This document shows, one piece after another, positions 38,948 through 47,550 of a DNA stretch of 64,000 nt (position 1 is its first letter; the number at the start of each line of letters is the position of its first letter). The notes under the pieces were generated by a model. It had not been told where the DNA came from, made no database searches, and worked only from the letters and a program-made list of their open reading frames with translations. Made by a program: the position numbers and the translations under genes. The DNA comes from Candidatus Brocadiia bacterium (lineage in GTDB: Bacteria; Planctomycetota; Brocadiia; SM23-32). The stretch covers positions 57,016-121,015 of the forward strand of contig JBKHIT010000006.1 in assembly GCA_046538485.1 (NCBI GenBank). The letters run 5' to 3'.

Positions 38948-40138
38948 ATGCGACGACCAATCGTCGTACCCCTCCTCCTGATTGCATCTGCGATAATCGC
39001 CCATGCTGCCTCCACTTCCGATAAAGTCACCATACTCGATGGCAAAAGTTTCCGGTCGGATATTAAGGAAATAACGGAAGCAGGAAAAGTCGTCTTTGCC
39101 GGCGCCAGAGACAGTATTGACCTTCAAAGTCTGCGCCATATACGCCGTCACAAAAAAGCCCAAAAAGCGCCCGCCGACAAACAAATCGTCTGGCTTCTCG
39201 GAGGCGGCAAAGTCTTTGCCGATTCTATCTTAATCAGTGAAGGCTACTTCGTGATTAAATCGCATGCGCTCGGGAAATTAAGGCTGCCTCTGCGTTATGT
39301 GAGAGGACTGCAATTGCCATTCGAAACCCCCAACAAATCGGACATAAAAGCTGAGTTCGACCGGCTGATGGCCCCAAAGAACCGCGCAGACCGCGTGCTC
39401 GCACGAACGGACGACGATGTAAAAACTGTCCGATGTGCCGTGGTTTCCCTCACCGATAAAACTTTGACCGTCGAATACGAAAATGAACAACGTGAGATTC
39501 GACGAGATAACGTTGTTGCTATTGTTCTGGCCATGACCATCGAACCGCCTGACCGAACCGGCCATTGTCGTGTTTCGCTCAAGGACGGATCTGTAATATG
39601 GGGGGAGATGCGAAAACTCAAAGATAACAAAATGTACCTGGAGGCTTTTCCGGATCAATGTATAGAAATGCCCTGGAGTAACGTGCATAGAATTGACGTG
39701 CGCAGCAAACGAATGGTTTTCGCCTCTGACCTGGACCCCGTGGCTATTCAACAGCGTGCAATCGCAACATACCCCTGGTCTTACCGGAAAGACCAGAATG
39801 TGCTCGACGGTCCCCTAATCCTCGCTGAACAAAAATACACGAAAGGGCTGGGTGTCCATGCTCCGTGCCGGCTCACCTATTCGATTCGCCAAAATTACTC
39901 GACCTTCGCCGCTACAATCGGCATAGATGAAGGGATGGATGGCAAAGGCGACTGCATTTTTAAGGTCCTTGGGGACGGGAAAGTGCTTTTCGAACGGCGA
40001 ATCCGGGGCGAAGACAAACCACATGAAATTCGTGTGGACATCTCCGGGCATGACCGGGTAACACTCGCCGTCGAAGCGGGACAGAATCTGGACATTGGCG
40101 ATAACGCCAATTGGTGCGAAGCACGGTTCGTCCAGTAA
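38948..40138 (+). CDS. Exported NPCBM/NEW2 domain protein
   Basis: C-terminal ASDLDP...YTKGLGVHA...FAATIGIDE...G.CIFKVLGDGK...VDISG...LAVEAG...GDNANWCEARF. Confidence 0.88.
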   Translation: MRRPIVVPLLLIASAIIAHAASTSDKVTILDGKSFRSDIKEITEAGKVVFAGARDSIDLQSLRHIRRHKKAQKAPADKQIVWLLGGGKVFADSILISEGYFVIKSHALGKLRLPLRYVRGLQLPFETPNKSDIKAEFDRLMAPKNRADRVLARTDDDVKTVRCAVVSLTDKTLTVEYENEQREIRRDNVVAIVLAMTIEPPDRTGHCRVSLKDGSVIWGEMRKLKDNKMYLEAFPDQCIEMPWSNVHRIDVRSKRMVFASDLDPVAIQQRAIATYPWSYRKDQNVLDGPLILAEQKYTKGLGVHAPCRLTYSIRQNYSTFAATIGIDEGMDGKGDCIFKVLGDGKVLFERRIRGEDKPHEIRVDISGHDRVTLAVEAGQNLDIGDNANWCEARFVQ

Positions 40139-40180
40139 GCGGCGAAAAGCAGGGCTAATTCTGCGAGACGAAACTTCACT

Positions 40181-42307
40181 TTATTCCCGCTCATCTTCCG
40201 GTCGTTGACCAACGTCACTTAAGTCTATCGGCTCAAAATCCAGCTCCTCAATCGCTGGAGAATCCTCGGACAGGCTGAATTCGTCCGATTCAGGCTCAGC
40301 GCACCGGGGATCGCACACGATAGAATGGTGATCGTGCCCCAGCTCCTGCCAACCCTCAAAATCGAGGGTTTCCTCCCCGTCCGTGAACACCAGTTCTTCG
40401 CCGCCGACATCCCAGAACAGGTTGAGATCGCTTCTTAAATTTCGCATGGCGAGCTTCGCACCATAACCTCCCCGGAAAATGGGCTGGCCGTCGGTAATGA
40501 AAACATTGCGTTCCCAGTTGAAGGCTTTGTGCTGGAGATCCGCGCGGCCATGCGCGGTCACACTTTCCCCGCCAAAGGCGAAGATGTTGTTGCGGACAAG
40601 ATTTTCCCGGCCGTAGTGCTGATGGAAGATTTCCCCGTTTGTGCGATAGCAGACGTTGTTCTCAATCAACAGGTGCGAGCTTCCTTCATCCGGATAAATA
40701 CACCATGCGCCGTAATTCAGTTTCTCAACATCATGGATTAGATTCCCCCGCAGGACCGTCCCCGGCTGGACGCCCAGCGTGTATATGCCACCCATATCCG
40801 ACAACAACCCCTGTCCGATATCATGGATGTGGTTTTTCTCAATCATATTCTCCCGGCTGATGTTACCCCGATACCCCCAAACCCAGCCGCAAGAAATCCC
40901 GCTGTAGTACAGGTCATGGATGTGGTTGTGGCTGATTACATTTTCAAAACTGTGCATACTCAAAACGCCAACACCACAGTGGAATACTCGACCGCAGACG
41001 TGAATGTGATTATCGGTGATCCGATTGTGCCCCGTACGGAGATATCGCGGATCGTTGTAGTCGCCACCATTCATTTTGACTCCGCCAGCCCCGACATCGA
41101 AGATTTCGTTTCCCACAATCCGGATACCCTCGCATCCGTCTCCGATCTCGATACCGTACCAGCCGACATTCGCCACGCGGCAATTTTCGATCGCGCAGCA
41201 ACGGGCTCCATTCAACACAATCGTCCCCGGCACATCGCTGGCCGCCTGCGATCCGGACGCATCAGTCCCCCGGGAATAGCGCTTCACTGAACGATTATCG
41301 TCAAGGTTTTCAGACGCTGCCGGTTCTTCGCCGATCTTCCATCCCGGCTGAACCCAATCCGCGTTCTCGAATCGCAATCCCTGGAACTTCAAGAACTCGA
41401 CGTAGCGATTCTGCTGCGGATCGCCGGTGAGTTTCATAAGTTGCCGAATTCTGGGCGCGAACACTTCGGTCGTTTCAGGGTCTTCACCCTCTTTGGGGAT
41501 GTAGAACAATTTTCCGTTTGATCGATCCAGATACCACTCCCCCGGTTCTGTCAGTGCTTCAAATACGTTATCGACAAAACACGGTGCCAGTTTTTCTCCG
41601 TGCGACTCCACCAATGGCGCGCGGCTTGTCCGAGCCGTTGTACTCATCTCCGTTTCTTCGTCGAAATCCGCCACAGGAAAACGCTCATCAATCCAGAAGT
41701 GGAACAGCACGATCTCAACGTCCTGGAGATTGCGCCATTTCTTCATTGCGCCTTCTTCCAATCGGAATTGCCGGTAGCCGCCGCTCCCCCAGCCGGCAGG
41801 CACATCCATCCCCGGAACCTCTGCGACACGGTACCGTCCTTCTTTCGGCAGGCGCGGACGTGGGCATCGTTCACCGTCGACAAAAAGCTGCCGAAAATAC
41901 CAGTCTCCGTTAGCGACCTCCTCCAGTTCCGCCACCCAGACCGATTGACCGTTCAAAGTTTTAATTTCCCAGTCGGTGATTTTTTCGCCGCCATCGAGAA
42001 TCGGTTCTTCTCCCGGGTAGGCCGCATACGTCACGGGAGCCGAATCGGCCGGTCCGAACTGAAGCGGTTCAGCAAGTTTGTACCGTCCGCCTCGGAGAAA
42101 AACCGTTACCCGGGGCGCAAGGAGACCTTCTCTTTTCAATTTGCGGATGACCCGTTGCGCTCCCGATACGTCCGCAAACGGACCGTCGGTATTCTTTTCA
42201 TTCGGCTCGGCCAGCGTGCCGGACCATTGGTTGTTACCTTCAGGTGCAACGTAATATGTATCGGATACAACAGCGTTCACCGGGCGTGCCAAAGTCCACT
42301 CCTCCAT
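40181..42307 (-). CDS. Right-handed parallel beta-helix carbohydrate-active protein
   Basis: YYVAPEGNNQWSGTL...DGPFA, LRGGRY.L..PL.F, FRQLFVDG, ALTEPGEWYLDR, YSGISCGWVWGY, LSDMGGIYTLG and IYPDEGSS. The true start may be TTG at 42292 after GGAGGAG. Confidence 0.88.
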   Translation of the reverse strand: MEEWTLARPVNAVVSDTYYVAPEGNNQWSGTLAEPNEKNTDGPFADVSGAQRVIRKLKREGLLAPRVTVFLRGGRYKLAEPLQFGPADSAPVTYAAYPGEEPILDGGEKITDWEIKTLNGQSVWVAELEEVANGDWYFRQLFVDGERCPRPRLPKEGRYRVAEVPGMDVPAGWGSGGYRQFRLEEGAMKKWRNLQDVEIVLFHFWIDERFPVADFDEETEMSTTARTSRAPLVESHGEKLAPCFVDNVFEALTEPGEWYLDRSNGKLFYIPKEGEDPETTEVFAPRIRQLMKLTGDPQQNRYVEFLKFQGLRFENADWVQPGWKIGEEPAASENLDDNRSVKRYSRGTDASGSQAASDVPGTIVLNGARCCAIENCRVANVGWYGIEIGDGCEGIRIVGNEIFDVGAGGVKMNGGDYNDPRYLRTGHNRITDNHIHVCGRVFHCGVGVLSMHSFENVISHNHIHDLYYSGISCGWVWGYRGNISRENMIEKNHIHDIGQGLLSDMGGIYTLGVQPGTVLRGNLIHDVEKLNYGAWCIYPDEGSSHLLIENNVCYRTNGEIFHQHYGRENLVRNNIFAFGGESVTAHGRADLQHKAFNWERNVFITDGQPIFRGGYGAKLAMRNLRSDLNLFWDVGGEELVFTDGEETLDFEGWQELGHDHHSIVCDPRCAEPESDEFSLSEDSPAIEELDFEPIDLSDVGQRPEDERE

Positions 42308-42547
42308 ACATCGTTGTTATGGCAATCATACAATCGCATCGGCGCCTATGTTAGCCGCATGACAAATAGATGCAAGTAGCCGACGCGAAAAGCCTGTTGA
42401 CAAAAGATACGCGGCCGGCATGTGAGAGATGCCGCCAAAGCCGTCGATTTTGTTAAAAGCTGCCACGACAAAGCTGTCGACGTGACAAAGACTGCCAGTG
42501 AGTATCGCGAACGCGCCGAGGCTGTGTGGCGAGATCTTAATGAATGA

Positions 42548-43594
42548 TCATACGACGGTGATCTCAACCTCTTGCTCCGTCTGCGCGCTTTCCCAGATGG
42601 CCTCGGCAATGCGCAGGGCTTCCGCGCTGTCCTGAAGCGAAGCCACCGGTTCGGCATCCGTCACCGCACACTTCGCCAGGTCACGCATTTCCCCCACATA
42701 CCCTCCCAGCTCGAGACTCTCATGTTCGAGGATAAGGGATGGTCGGTACTCATAGGTCTGATTTTTTAGCGCTCGCTCGCCCTTGAGAGCCTCCGGCAAC
42801 CACCCTTCCAGCGGATGGTACCTGAGATAAATCTGATCCTCGACCTCAAGCCACTCCTGATGGCCTGTGAGATTAAAGACTTCGTTGAAATGCCAGGTGT
42901 CAGATGCCAGTGCGCAAAGATTCATTATCCCCACCCCGCCGTCGGCGAACTGAAGGTTAACGGCATAGGTACCCTCTTGCTCCGAAATCTGATGCAAACG
43001 CGCGTGGACAGATTTCACATCCCCGCAGAGAAAACGGGTAACATCGAACATGTGAACGAGCTGGCCGATCAGAAACGCCCGCATTGGCTCTTCAATTCCC
43101 CACAAAGCGGGGTATGGCCCCTGCGTAAAACGCACTTCCGCCATGTGAACCCCTCCAAAACTTTCGTTCTGACTGATCGCACGAGCTGCTCGGTAAGCGG
43201 GGCTGTGGCGTTTCATAAAACCACAAAGGCCTTTGCAACCTTTCTCCGAAGCCAGATCCGCCAGTTTTTGCGCCTCATCAGAATTAGGGGCACTGGGTTT
43301 TTCAACGTAAATGTGAAGCCCTCGTCCCAGGCATGTCTGGCCTACATCCACGTGCATCTGGGGACGCCCACAAATGGCCACAGCATCCAGTTCCTCCCCA
43401 TCCAGCATCTCTTCCAGATCGCAGTACGCCGTTGGCACACCCCATTTACTCGCGGTGGCGTCGGCCTTCTGCTGATCGATATCACAAACAGCCACCAGTT
43501 CGATCTCTTCCACCTGTTTTATCGCGGGGTAAAGCCTGTGATTGGCGTGTCCGCCACATCCCACAAATCCTATGCGCGCCTGGATTTCGCTCAT
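42548..43594 (-). CDS. Gfo/Idh/MocA-family oxidoreductase
   Basis: IGFVGCGGH, AVCD, HIYVEKP, GFMKRHSP and HMFD. Confidence 0.92.
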   Translation of the reverse strand: MSEIQARIGFVGCGGHANHRLYPAIKQVEEIELVAVCDIDQQKADATASKWGVPTAYCDLEEMLDGEELDAVAICGRPQMHVDVGQTCLGRGLHIYVEKPSAPNSDEAQKLADLASEKGCKGLCGFMKRHSPAYRAARAISQNESFGGVHMAEVRFTQGPYPALWGIEEPMRAFLIGQLVHMFDVTRFLCGDVKSVHARLHQISEQEGTYAVNLQFADGGVGIMNLCALASDTWHFNEVFNLTGHQEWLEVEDQIYLRYHPLEGWLPEALKGERALKNQTYEYRPSLILEHESLELGGYVGEMRDLAKCAVTDAEPVASLQDSAEALRIAEAIWESAQTEQEVEITVV

Positions 43595-43626
43595 TTTTTC
43601 CTCACATTTTGTGTCCCAGAAGCCGA

Positions 43627-44664
43627 CTACTTCTCCAGCAACCAGCGGACAACTCCCATGTGGTAGCGCTGGTGTGTATCGATACCGTTACAGTAATACG
43701 CCGTGACAAGAGTTCCGTCTTCGAGTTGTACGCTGGAGGGATAACCGACGTCCTGGCGTCGTTCGTACCAGGGGCCGTCGCTCTCCGTTTGTTTTTCGCG
43801 TTTCCGCGTCAAATTTACAAGCACGCGAGGTCGACTCCAGGTCTGACCCATATCGTCGCTGAATCGCGCGCCCACTCCGTAAAGACCTTCGTTGCGAATC
43901 CCAAAAGTGAGAAGCAAACGATCCTCCTCAAGCAGCAATAGATGTCCGGGGTGTTGCCCGGGCAGCGTCAACGCGCCTCGGTCGTCCCAGTTTTTTCCCT
44001 GATCTTCCGAACCGAACAATTCCAGATGCGCATCTTCGCGTGTTCTTGCTGCTACCAGGATATCCCCATCGGGTAAAAGCAGCGGAGTAGACTCGTTTGC
44101 ATCATGATCCCGAATGGTTCCCTGGACTTCCCATGAATAACCATCGTCTTCGCTGGTGTAGAAGTAAGCGGCATGGTCGTCGTCCGGCAACGCAGCATAG
44201 ATGCACACTCCAAGAAGATCATCACCAAGAACCAAGATATCTCCGAACGGGATAATGCCCCCAACGTCTTCAGCGGGCGGATCTACTGGTGTACCCCGTG
44301 GCCAGTTATGTCCTCCATCTTCCGATCGGCAAACCCACATGGGGAGAATCTCGCCATCATGGGGACTCAAGTATGATCCAGGAGGACGCCTTTTGCTCCA
44401 GCCGGATGCAAGGACGACCGGATTACCATCGGATGCCAGTCCGGCCGCCACATTCATCCTGTTTGTACCTGGTTCGTGTGGAGCAGGCACACTGCGGAGA
44501 TTCCAGAGACGCCCGCCATCTTCGCTGGCCCAGCACTCTACATCGCCCTCCCAACCGCCATGTGTGGGCTGGTTAAAAATCGTGGCAAGCATATTGCCAT
44601 TCGGCAGAAGCGTCAGATTCGGCCATGCGCAAACATTATCCACTGCAATATAACGTTCCGACAT
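43627..44664 (-). CDS. BNR/Asp-box repeat (sialidase-family) protein
   Basis: SEDGGRLW, SEDGGHNW, SEDDGYSW, SEDQGKNW, SDDMGQTW and DVGYPSSVQLEDGTLVTAYY. Confidence 0.87.
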   Translation of the reverse strand: MSERYIAVDNVCAWPNLTLLPNGNMLATIFNQPTHGGWEGDVECWASEDGGRLWNLRSVPAPHEPGTNRMNVAAGLASDGNPVVLASGWSKRRPPGSYLSPHDGEILPMWVCRSEDGGHNWPRGTPVDPPAEDVGGIIPFGDILVLGDDLLGVCIYAALPDDDHAAYFYTSEDDGYSWEVQGTIRDHDANESTPLLLPDGDILVAARTREDAHLELFGSEDQGKNWDDRGALTLPGQHPGHLLLLEEDRLLLTFGIRNEGLYGVGARFSDDMGQTWSRPRVLVNLTRKREKQTESDGPWYERRQDVGYPSSVQLEDGTLVTAYYCNGIDTHQRYHMGVVRWLLEK

Positions 44665-44723
44665 CCGAAACCTCCAGTTTCCAAATTGGGATGACCCAAA
44701 AAAAAACTATTCTTGTTTCCGGC

Positions 44724-44752
44724 ATGATACGATTCCATTTGGCATATTTCAA
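44724..44752 (-). promoter_or_regulatory. Sigma70-type promoter for the 43627-44664 BNR gene and the downstream oxidoreductase
   Basis: Minus strand reads TTGAAA, 17-nt spacer, TATCAT. Confidence 0.6.
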
Positions 44753-44906
44753 AAACTCGCGGTAAAAAATTGGACCATCAGGGGACGGGATCCGGGGATG
44801 AAGACAAGGCCTCTGTTCAAAAGCTGGCCCGGGTCCGGACTCTCGATGAGCTTTTGCCCCCCCGATCCCAGATATCGAACGGTCGGAAAGAACTTTTTCG
44901 GTTTTA

Positions 44907-45995
44907 TCACCCAGCAAAATCGGCTTCGTTGATTGCGATTCCCAGATTCCATCGCCACGCAGTGACCCAGACGCGTCCGGGCTCACGTTCAAAGGCAAGG
45001 GGATAGGAAACTTCGCTGTCTGGATTACGTGCGAGGACCACCGGAGCGGACCAGCTATTGCATTCGTCCTCCGAAAAACTCATGCTTAGCTCTTCCCGGT
45101 AATTACTGGTAGGCGTCGCCGACCAGATGCCCTGTCCGCCACGGAGAGGATACGACGTTTCCCCTTCCGGAAATGGTCGGTTCCAGAGCATCATGATACG
45201 ACCGCTCTTGAGACGTGTCAGAATGGCTGGCGCGCTGCTTGCCGGGACGCCAGAAGGTCCGTATGGATGCCACGATTTCCCGCCATCTTCGGAAACAGCC
45301 CGCCAGAATTCGCCCCAGTTGGTGCGAATGTACTGGAGGATCCGGCCATCACGCAGTTCCACCACGGTGCCTTCGGTGGTACCGTCATGGTGGCCATTAC
45401 CGCCAAGATCAAGCAGATCGCCTTCTTCCCATGTCTGTCCATCATCGTCGGAAACGTAGGTCATCACCGCATGGCGGCCGGGATTGTGGAGCAGTTTCAT
45501 CGTGCATAGAACAATCCGTCCGTCCTGGGTCTGAATCATATCACGTGTGGCGCCCGTCCATTCGTTGTGCAGTTTCTGCACCGGCTCCCAGCTCTCACCA
45601 TTGTCCACACTTCGTATCACGCAGGTCGGAAGTGTCGCCCCGGGAGCGTCTTTCAACTCGTTATCCCAGGTCCAGTTTTTCTCGGCCAGGTCGGAGCATG
45701 CAACGAGAACAGTCCCATCATTCGTGCTCAAAACAGCTCCGGAGGGGCTGATTTCAGTGGTTCCATCCTTTGCAATCGGCACCTCATTCCACGTTTTTCC
45801 TTCATCATCACTGATTTGCGCCTGCCCGGGTCTTCCAGCAACACCGAATATTCGGCCGTCCTGCAATCTTATGAACTTTCCGACCGGTACTGAGTCCAGT
45901 TCATCTGCCTGCTGATGGATTAAAATCCCATCCGGCGTTTCTTTGGAGATATCAGATTCTCCTTTCGATCCTGGCACGATATTGTACAGACTCAT
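44907..45995 (-). CDS. BNR/Asp-box repeat (sialidase-family) protein
   Basis: SDDEGKTW, SVDNGESW, SDDDGQTW, EGTVVELRDG...YIRT, SEDGGKSW and SYP. Confidence 0.88.
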   Translation of the reverse strand: MSLYNIVPGSKGESDISKETPDGILIHQQADELDSVPVGKFIRLQDGRIFGVAGRPGQAQISDDEGKTWNEVPIAKDGTTEISPSGAVLSTNDGTVLVACSDLAEKNWTWDNELKDAPGATLPTCVIRSVDNGESWEPVQKLHNEWTGATRDMIQTQDGRIVLCTMKLLHNPGRHAVMTYVSDDDGQTWEEGDLLDLGGNGHHDGTTEGTVVELRDGRILQYIRTNWGEFWRAVSEDGGKSWHPYGPSGVPASSAPAILTRLKSGRIMMLWNRPFPEGETSYPLRGGQGIWSATPTSNYREELSMSFSEDECNSWSAPVVLARNPDSEVSYPLAFEREPGRVWVTAWRWNLGIAINEADFAG

Positions 45996-46062
45996 CGTTT
46001 CCTGCCTTTCTCAGTGCTTTCACCAAATGAGGAATAAACGCTGTTCGCCTTGCTGCCACGAA

Positions 46063-46091
46063 ATCCTATCATTCCTCTTTTACTGCTTCAA
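46063..46091 (-). promoter_or_regulatory. Sigma70-type promoter with extended -10 for the 44907-45995 gene
   Basis: Minus strand reads TTGAAG, a 17-nt spacer ending in TGA, then TAGGAT. Confidence 0.55.
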
Positions 46092-46145
46092 GTACTCGAT
46101 GCGCATCGCTTCCCAATACAATTTCCGTGCGTTCCGCCGGCTCTT

Positions 46146-46565
46146 TTATTTTGCGGCGCCGGGTTCCCTTTCCCTGTAACCCGTGACTCTCCACCGCCCA
46201 TTCTCGGTCCGTCTGAGATAAACTACTAACCTAATCCCTGCTTCAGCCGTTGAGCCAGCCTTTGCCGTTATAACCCCTTTGTCAGTGCCGAGCGGCTTCC
46301 AAACCGATTCAAAAGACGCATCCCCGAGTTCGCCTTTCAGAGTAACAGCTTTTCCCGCCCTATCTGCGATACGTCCCCGCATTCTTGCACAACCCATCTC
46401 GGCCGCCCGTCGGTAAAGAGCCCGAGCTTTGAACCGGCGACGCAATTGCATTGTGGCGTTGACCGTTGCTACCGTAACGCCAATCAATCCGGACAGCGCC
46501 AGAAACAGAAAAAGCGCGAAAATCAACACGGCGCCCTGTCGACGATCACATAATATCTGTTTCAT
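46146..46565 (-). CDS. PilX/GspK-like minor pilin
   Basis: RRQG|AVLIFALFLFLAL is a class III signal lacking E5. It is followed by ARALYRRAAEMG and is the last gene of the operon. Confidence 0.6.
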   Translation of the reverse strand: MKQILCDRRQGAVLIFALFLFLALSGLIGVTVATVNATMQLRRRFKARALYRRAAEMGCARMRGRIADRAGKAVTLKGELGDASFESVWKPLGTDKGVITAKAGSTAEAGIRLVVYLRRTENGRWRVTGYREREPGAAK

Positions 46566-47131
46566 CTGTCTGTAAATTCCTCTTTTCTTATGCAGACAGC
46601 CGTAGAAAACACAGCCGTTTCGTCAGTCTTCAATCCATGATTTTCGATCGGGGAATGCACGTCCACCCCCACTTCAAGATGATATAGCCGTTGCGCATTT
46701 TCGGCGGCCGACACTCTGAGATATTTGAACCCCCGGTTAAAAGATTCGACATACCACTCTTCGGGAATAACACCATCTGCCGGGAAATCTGTGTTCGGGG
46801 GTATTTCGCAGCGGATGACAGCCCCATCTCTGACAACGTATGCAGCGGCCAACTCATCGCTGAAACTTACAAGAACCGCCCACCCTTCGTCACTATCCGA
46901 TTTTTCCTTCTCAGAAAGACGAACATTGTCTGCACACCGAATATCCCTGCTTAAACGCGAGAAAATTATTTCTGAACTTTGTATTGCATGAAGCACGTTT
47001 CTGGACACACCGCAAATGCCAAGGCCGCGAGCAAAAAGAGGTCCGATCATCGTAAGAATAATCGCTCCCACAAACATCCACGCCAGAACCTCAGGAAGTG
47101 TAAAACCTTTTTTTGTCCGTTCAACCTTCAT
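46562..47131 (-). CDS. PilW/GspJ-like minor pilin
   Basis: KKG|FTLPEVL class III signal and RLSRDIRCA. Confidence 0.75.
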   Translation of the reverse strand: MKVERTKKGFTLPEVLAWMFVGAIILTMIGPLFARGLGICGVSRNVLHAIQSSEIIFSRLSRDIRCADNVRLSEKEKSDSDEGWAVLVSFSDELAAAYVVRDGAVIRCEIPPNTDFPADGVIPEEWYVESFNRGFKYLRVSAAENAQRLYHLEVGVDVHSPIENHGLKTDETAVFSTAVCIRKEEFTDR

Positions 47132-47550
47132 TCAAATCGCTCTCTCTCGGCAGGAAGAACACCGCATACATTGGAGGTCACAATTTTATCGCCGGGCATT
47201 GCCACGTCCGCCCGCAAGTGAATGCGAAGAAAACATTCGCCGTCCTGCTTTTCTACATTCCGCGTGAACGTCGCCTCCTTCAGAGATTCATGAACGGGAA
47301 GAGCAGGGTTAAAAGTTTCCTCCTCTCCAGTCTTAAGCTCATCGGGGCCTATTGCTCGCAATCTTTCCATTTCTCCCTGCAGCAAAAACCTCGCTCTGCT
47401 CTGAACCGCCGCCCGGCAGACGGATTCTGTCTGCAGCATAAAAGCCGTAACCACGGTCGCCATCAAGAGACCGAAAACAAAAATCCCCACCATGGCTTCC
47501 GCCATCATATAGCCCCCGATGTGATATTTGTTTTTTATTCTATGCGCCAT
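47128..47550 (-). CDS. PilV/GspI-like minor pilin
   Basis: G|YMMAEAMVGIFVFGLL class III signal and ARFLLQGEMERLRA. Confidence 0.68.
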   Translation of the reverse strand: MAHRIKNKYHIGGYMMAEAMVGIFVFGLLMATVVTAFMLQTESVCRAAVQSRARFLLQGEMERLRAIGPDELKTGEEETFNPALPVHESLKEATFTRNVEKQDGECFLRIHLRADVAMPGDKIVTSNVCGVLPAERERFE

